DNA from: Octopus vulgaris
Lineage: Eukaryota
Direction: 5' to 3'
NCBI GenBank assembly: GCA_951406725.2
Contig: OX597817.1
Coordinates: 90,272,001-90,336,000 of the forward strand
Length of the DNA: 64,000 bases
Made by a program: the position numbers and the translations under genes. Of this stretch, positions 56,540 to 64,000 are shown one piece after another. The notes beneath the pieces are model-generated. The model searched no databases, was not told the origin of the DNA, and saw nothing but the letters and a program-made list of their open reading frames with translations. How positions within the stretch are numbered: position 1 is the stretch's first letter; every line of letters begins with the position of its first letter.

Positions 56540-58262
56540 TCCCTCCTGTACGTATTGACTCTCAAGACACTACTGCAGAAGTTGGAGGCTCTGACGGGTG
56601 TCCCGCATGATCTAGGAGGTGGAAACAGCATGTCTGCCTATGCCGACAATGTCACCGTGATAGTGTCGAGCCACAGGCACAATGACCTAATTGGCGAAAC
56701 ACTAAACAAGTATAAAGCGGTGACAGGTGCAAAGATTAACGCGGAACAGTCCGTGGGCTTGCAACTGGGCACCAGGAGAGGCAAGTCCATGCCGTCCAAC
56801 AGCATCGTAGGGCGCTGGACAGACGGACCTGTTAAACTGCTCGGGGTCTGGTTCGTTCCAGACCTCCAGGTGGATAAAAACTGAGAAGAAGTGACGAACA
56901 AGGTGGCCAATCTCATCCAGAAATGGGCCAAGAGGAAGCTGTCCCTGAAAGGTTGAGCGGAGGTGGCGAATGCATACATCACATCCGTCATCTATTACCG
57001 ATTGACCGTCGTCCCTTGTCCTGATCGGTGGTTGGCCAAGCTGGTATGCTTGCTCTTCGACTTTTTGTGGAAGGGTCAGGTACCACTGGTCAGGTGCTCC
57101 ATCTGCTGTCAACGGCCGCTAAACGGAGGCCTTGGCATGCTGTGGTTACTAGTGCGCAGACATGCATTCAGGCTACGGCATCTCAAGTGTTTCCTAGTCA
57201 GTGAACAGGTGTGGTTGTCAGACGTGACTTTCCGCAGCTCGTCTCTTTGACAGAGCTGCAATCCTGGATCAAACACAGACCGAGAAAGGGTGCTTGGCAC
57301 CTCGAGTGCCATCAAGCTCTCTCCGCCCTCCACCAAGCGGGCAATGCAATCGGTAGTAGTTCCACTCTAGTATTCTATAGAGGGTTAGTGGAAGAAAAGT
57401 GCAACAACGTTCTCGGGGAAACTCTAGGTGTTGACGATAACGAGCTAAACAGTCTGTTCAGGAGAACTTTCGGGCTGGGGCCAATGGACAATTTCCAAAG
57501 GTCCCTCGCCTGGCAGTGCTACCAAGGGGCTCTGCCTGTTCAGGATAAACTCTACCGGCACAGAAGTGCTGTCAGCCGGGCCTGCCCGAGGTGCTGCCAG
57601 GACAACAAAACCGTTCTGCACGCACTCGTCCAGTGCCCGAGTATTGCTGAACTATGGGTTTATGTCGAACAGCTACTTTTGCATATAGGACGGATCCAGC
57701 TATCAGCTGAATCCATAATGAAGATTGCCCCGCCGACCTCCTTTAACCGGGAGGGCAAGACAGTTTTCCTTTGCCTAGTGGCTGTAGCGAAAGAGGTGAT
57801 ATGGTGGACCCATTTGAAAGGGCTATGGTCAGACACTTTCCTCTTTGGCCAAGGCTTCATCAACTTTTTCAAGTTTCACTTGAAAAGGAAGATGAGAGTA
57901 GAGAGGGAAATGCTGTCTGGTAGCAAGTTTATTGAAAGGTGGGTGAATGTTGCAAGAATGGCCAGTATGAACGGACCAATTCTGAGGATACACCTGTGAT
58001 ATAAAAAGGTAATATAAAAGGAGAAAGGGGCTCTCAACCCCACTTTTGACCAGGCTCCCATGGCTTTTATGGGTTTATCCATGAGTAACCTTTCGAAGCG
58101 CCTCCCCCTTTTGGGAGTTTTACATTGTTAAATATTTTCATTGTTACACTGTTTTTTACACAGATATTTTAAACAGACAAAACCCTTTGTAACTTTCGTC
58201 CTGTGCTTTGTCCCTACATGTTATAATTGATTTTTGTTAGCCCTTGTGGCCAATAAACGAAT
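56540..58262 (+). mobile_element. 5'-truncated Tx1/L1-clade LINE (ORF2 3' half, disrupted)
   Basis: SLLYVL..SAYADNVTV..TGAKIN..VKLLGVWF..RKLSLKG..GGLGM and a C-terminal CPRC..TVLHALVQC knuckle. In-frame TGA stops at ~56882 and ~56954, a frameshift at ~57220, then AATAAA and an (ATT)n tail. Confidence 0.87.
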
Positions 58263-58264
58263 TA

Positions 58265-58314
<50 letters not shown>

Positions 58315-58612
58315 CATCATCATCATCTTAATTTTCATCACTACTATTATTATTATCATTATTTTTATTGTTATTAGTTTCTTCCTCATTTTATTTTGTT
58401 TCCATTTCTTACTGAGTATCTTCCCAACTCCTAGGATAAAGAAACTCACTGTATACATTGATAGGCCATTAAACTAAACACTTCCGGTTGTTCATATTCA
58501 AAATGAAATGAAGTTGTGAAAAGACAGACAAAAATTAAATACAAGGGTAGTAATCATTCTCACATCAACAATGTTTTTCTCAATACATGTGACATACCGA
58601 TTATTTTTACTG

Positions 58613-58660
<48 letters not shown>

Positions 58661-58770
58661 TTTGGCTGAGGTTGACTTTGTCTCTCATCCTTTTGAGGTC
58701 AGTAAATTAAGCACCAGTGAAACACAGGGGTTGATTTAATTGACTAGTTTCAGTGCATTTAGTAAAAAGG

Positions 58771-58809
<39 letters not shown>

Positions 58810-58953
58810 GTTATTACTATTATTATCATCATCATTATCCTCTTCATTATATTATTATCATTGCTATTATTATTATTATCATTATTATTATTATTACTAT
58901 TATTATCATCATCATCATTATTATCATCATTATATTATTATTATTATTATTAC

Positions 58954-59000
<47 letters not shown>

Positions 59001-60719
59001 GTAGTAGTAGTAGTAGTAGTATAGTGCTTTGACATGAGAATCATTAAAGCATCAGACAAAATACCAAACTGTATTTAGTTACAGCTTCTTTGCCTTTCAT
59101 CTCTCAGATATTTATAAAAATAAAGTACCAGTCAAGTGCTGGGGTTGATATTATTAACTGTTCCCCTTGTTCAAACTTTTGGCTTTTTGCTTAATTCTCA
59201 AGCAATCAAAGGAGGTGGATTGGCAGTATCATTTGAACATCAGAACCAATGCATTGCAATATTTTTTGGCTCTTGACATTCTGAGTTCAAATCATGCCAA
59301 AATCAACTTTACCTTTCATCCCTCCAGTGTCAATAGAATAAGCCATCCATTCAGGTTAGGTAAGTTGCCCAGACCAATGTAACTCTTCCACACAGGATGT
59401 CCTGATTGAGCAATGAAGCATGAATGTCAAGTCTGGGTTTCAGTTACATTGGTCTATTGCCAGTTGAAATACCTCATCTGTGCATCTACAGATGATAGCA
59501 GTATTTCATTAACTGAACTGCAGGTTGATCCTGGCTGTTGGTAGCCTCAACATGCAGACCTATAATAAGACACTCCTGCTGTAACCATCCTGTCAGAAAC
59601 CCTGCATACAGGACAATTGCCAAGCTGATGACAGTTTGTGACTGCCCTCTTATCTCCAGATAATAAACTTGTCCTATTCCTTAACCCTTAGCAGAGGACA
59701 AAGCTGATCTATAGGCTGAAAAGTCAAATGACAAAGAAGATTGTATTAGTTCATTCAATTTCCTACAAGAATATACATAGTTTTATATATGTCAAATAAT
59801 TATTTTACTTTTTTATAATTCTTTTTGAAAAATAAGTGCATGCCATCTGTAGGGCTTGTGCAAAATGTTCCATCTTCTTGGCACTGAAACTTCAAATGAG
59901 GCTCCATCTTCAAAGGGGTTAATGGCATGTCAATTTTGGAGAATTTTTAATTCTTGAGATTGTTTACTCTGTTCATATGGAGCTGGTCTCAATTGCTGTT
60001 TGGTATCTGCAATTCATTTTGTAGAGGTGGAGATAGTTTTATGTTGTATGGTATTTGATATACCTGTATTTGTCTATGTTGTTTCTTTAATATGGGTTTG
60101 GTATTTGTCATGGGAGAAAGAGGATTACATAAAGTGAGAAGGGTTGACATTGGAAAATAAGTTGAATAAAATGGATTGAGAAAATTCAAAATCAAAATGA
60201 ATATAAATTAAATATAACAAAAGAAAGAATGTTTTAAGAAGTCTAGTGAAAGGAAGAAAGAGAAAAAGAAAACAAAAAGAATGAACAGAAAGAAAAGAAA
60301 AAAGACAAACCAAAAGTGAAAGGAGGTCAGAGCAAGTAACACTCACATTTGCATACACCCAAACACACACATACATATATTAAATATGTACATTTATAAA
60401 AATACAATTACTCATATGAAATGTGTCAAAAAGTAGAGAATGGTGAAAGTGACTAGGATGGGTAAGCATTTGGAAAAATCAACCTGTTTTACATATAGTA
60501 AGTGCATGTATTATATATACACCTATAGCCTGAAACAATAGTTATAAATACTGACTTCTGTACATACTTATATTTACTGATGCACTTAGATGCACACATA
60601 CACATACATACATATACAAACACATATATGTAAGTGTACATATGCACATATATATGTATATGCAAACTGACATACACATGCAAACATAAATTTGGTTTCC
60701 CGGATGGTGTCTTGTTACC

Positions 60720-61950
60720 ATTATCACATGACATTAAAATCAATGTAATCTCCACTACTGATATTTCTTCGGTTTGCTTTGTATTTTTGAATAAAATCTT
60801 CCTTGCACTTTTGAAAGCACTCATTTTCCAACCATATCATAAGAAAGTGGAAATATTTAAATTTTCCTTTTCCACATTTCTCAAAATGTTCACTGCATGT
60901 TGTAATTTTGATAGATTAGTTCTTAATTTATCATTTATGTATCCTTATTCTGTCATGTAATCATGTTCCAGTTTCTCCAATTTAATATTCTTTGCATTGT
61001 AGGCAAGTCAGCTCAATGAATTAAGTTTCTTTATTTGTAATTCATAGCTGCATTGATTTTAAATATTTTATTGTTTTTAAAAATAATTTACTCACTCTCT
61101 TCAACATATTCATATGTCCTGCAACAAGGGTCACCAACTAACATTATTTCCCTTTTTGATGTAAAACTTGACTTAGTAGTTTTTTAGACTGGGTGCTTGG
61201 CATTTACTCTGAATTATTGGTGATTCTGTAAATATGTCATTCATTTTGGGGAATTATTGAAGAATTAAGAGATACCTTTTAGCAGCATTCAAAACATTGT
61301 GGTTCTTCAGGTTATGAGGGATGACAAAAGGAATATTTGTGTTCATTTTTATTTTCCTATTTTTATTTTCTTCTGAGTTGGAATGTTTCTGACTTTGATA
61401 ACAGCCATATTAATAAAGATAATAGGGTACTTTTGCCTTCAAAGAAACAGACATTTCCTTTGCATGCCATTCCAATGTAAATTTTTTTGTTGTGTAACCT
61501 ATTTAAGAGGCAATGGACATTTTTAAGGAGTATTGAAACTTTTTTTAATTTTTTTAAACACTAAGCAGTGATCCAAGTATCCTTTCCATTTTATATTCTT
61601 TATACAGATGAAAACATTTTGTTTAAATAATTCTGATAATTAGAAATATAGCTTATTCTAAGAAGCATGTTACAAGTGTTGCATATGTAAAGGATATTGC
61701 TATGCCCATGCCCATCCCTTTTGTTTGTAAGAAAAAATTGTTTAAAAAAAAAAACTGGTTATTCTCAAGTACTAGTCTGAGTCCTTCTAAAATAAAATCT
61801 TTTGAGAATTAGTCTTGGATATAATCTAGGTGCATTGCCAACTGGAAGCTCACAATTTCAGTTCCTAAATTATGCAGGATATTGGTTTATAGATTGGTTA
61901 TATCTAAGTTAACTAGAATTGTTTTTTGATATAGTGTTGTAAGTATGTAA
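60720..61950 (-). pseudogene. Penelope-like element relic (RT and GIY-YIG endonuclease)
   Basis: Manual minus-strand translation gives FLQTKGMGMG..TYATL, KWKGYLDHC, IPFVIPHN, TCLQCKEY.IGETG..LHDRIRIHK and CSEHFEKC. Confidence 0.72.
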
Positions 61951-63410
61951 TTAAAAAAATTCAAATTATCTCAGATGAAGCTTGATACCATTTTGCAAAG
62001 TGGTCTTAATATTTTATCTAATAAATTATCTAGTCAGTGTGTATTTGATGCTGGACCAGCAATGAAAAGGCAAAGTTTAAATTGTGAAAGTCTGGAATTT
62101 CAACATGTTTCCTTTTATATTGTTTTGAATTTGTCTCATTTCATGAATTTTAGTGAATCCATAAAAATTACTAGTTTTCAAAGTTAATAAGATAACTGGC
62201 AACCTCACTAGTGCCAGTGACATGAGATAAAGAAAAAACACCCAGTACACACTATAAAGTGGTTGGCATTAGGTAGGGCATCTAGTTATAGGAACCATGT
62301 TAAAGCAAACTGTCAAACCATTTGACCATGCCAGCATGGAAGATGAGTGTTCAATGATGATGATGATCTTTCTGTTTGTCAGCCTTCCTCTAACTCACTC
62401 ATACACTTTCATCAGTCACTTTCATCAAAATTAGTCATTAGCATATTTTATTGGACATTTTTCTTCAGCATTTTTCTCTTTGTATAGTTATTATGCAGAA
62501 AACAATTTTATGTGTATTCTACTAACTCAAGACATCCTCATCATCATCATCATCATCAACACCACCATCATCACTACCACTGTCACTATAATTATCACCA
62601 CCAAGATAATCTCCCCTACTGCTATTATCATCAGCATCGTCATATTCATGAGCACAATTATTACCATCATCATCAGCAATAGCAACAACACTGTGTAAGA
62701 TGTAGCTGATAAAAGTCAAAGAAAGCCTAAGACAAGAGATCCTCACCTAATCACAAAGAAGCAGCCATTATGAAAAATACTACTTCTTTGAACAAAACAA
62801 ATACTTTGTTTCCTACCAAAATTAGAAATTATCAAGTGCAGAATACTTTAGGGAATGGGTAGGGACAGTTGGTGGATTGCCTTGGGAAAGGATATTAAGA
62901 AAAAGAGGTTTTCTACAATTAGAAATCTATTATAAACTATCTGATTTTAGCTGGCCATGATCAATAACCGGCTACAAAAACAATAGATGAAAGAAGTTAA
63001 GATCAAGCGTAGACTATGGAATAAGCAGAAAGAAACAATTGATCCTTTTGTTTGTAGCTGCTGAGACCTGGTTATGGCAGAATATGTCAGAAGATGCGAG
63101 AGAGTTGGGAGTTCAAAAATAACAGCAACGTGGGCAGGATAAGTATTCTAGAAATTTGCTGAGAATGATACATACACACACACATGCCCACATACACACA
63201 GGGTGAGAGAAAGAGAGAAATACAGACAGACAAAGGAGAGAAAGTGTGTGTGAATGGGAAAGAGATGGGTTGGATCAGGAAAATTGTGCTTACATCTTCC
63301 AAAAGTCATTATTACAAGAAATAATTGCAGAAATAAACTAACACCATCAATAAAATCACTTTGATGCATGTGTGCATGTGTGTGTGTGTATGTGTGTGTG
63401 TGTGTGTGTG

Positions 63411-63444
<34 letters not shown>

Positions 63445-63445
<1 letters not shown>

Positions 63446-63765
63446 GTGCAAAATGCCCTCCATCCAATGGACGGTTCTGAATCGTATCTGCTGAATAAAA
63501 AGCAATCAGTGTTTTCTTTTCATTAAAAAATAATTAAGCATGCCTTTATTTCAATAAAATTTTGGGTTTTGCTAAACGAAGTTAAGGCAAAAGAAAACTT
63601 CTTGAGAAACCAAATAGTCTTTCCTTCCTTCATGCCAAGTTTGAAGAAAATATCTCTTTTGCCTCTTACTTTTTGGTTTCTTAAATATACTGCATTTTGT
63701 GGCATTATCTCAAGCCAGCCGGCTTTTTTTGTGCAACCTGCATGTGCATTTTTCTCACGTACGAG
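63445..63765 (+). mobile_element. second copy of the 27902-28430 repeat
   Basis: TTTTCATTAAAAAATAATTAAGCATGCCTTTATTTCAATAAAA...CAAGCCAGCCGGCTTTTTTTGTG is shared between the two loci. Confidence 0.8.
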
Positions 63766-64000
63766 ATAACAATATGGATCTATGCGGTTTACTCCAAGAA
63801 AGGATTAGTTTAACATGCTTGATGTAAAAGGTCTTCTCTTTCTTTGTTTCTCATAATTTTTACTGTATGTTGGATTCACTTAAACTGTATTTTTGGTAAT
63901 ATCTATTCATTCTCTCCCAGGCCTTTCTCTACCTTCAGTTAATATCAGATTATTACTTATTACTATTATTATTAGAAATATCATATTACTGAAGATTTTG

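Overview
This is AT-rich eukaryotic DNA, saturated with microsatellites and dominated by repeats. It looks intronic or intergenic. The repeat content suggests a coleoid cephalopod (Octopus-like), which is an inference. No host protein-coding exon could be supported, and most short ORFs in the track are translations of microsatellites. Recognisable elements are a young 5'-truncated RTE LINE with an open RT frame and an internal PHD-like finger (11875-14238), a second RTE 3' fragment, R4/Dong-, Tx1/L1-, CR1- and Penelope-like relics, Tc1/mariner and pogo/Tigger fossils, piggyBac-type TTAA MITEs, a Helitron-like repeat and many tRNA-derived SINEs. Four patterns stand out: (i) several minimal hammerhead-ribozyme motifs of the Penelope type, the best at 46726-46763 on the minus strand; (ii) a near-identical, hairpin-rich ~492-bp tandem array sitting between (TA)n tracts; (iii) many recent fold-back or inverted duplications that could form long dsRNA; (iv) microsatellite-specific insertion patterns and a 3' tail shared between a SINE and a Tx1-like LINE. 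All coordinates were read by eye and may be off by a few bases.
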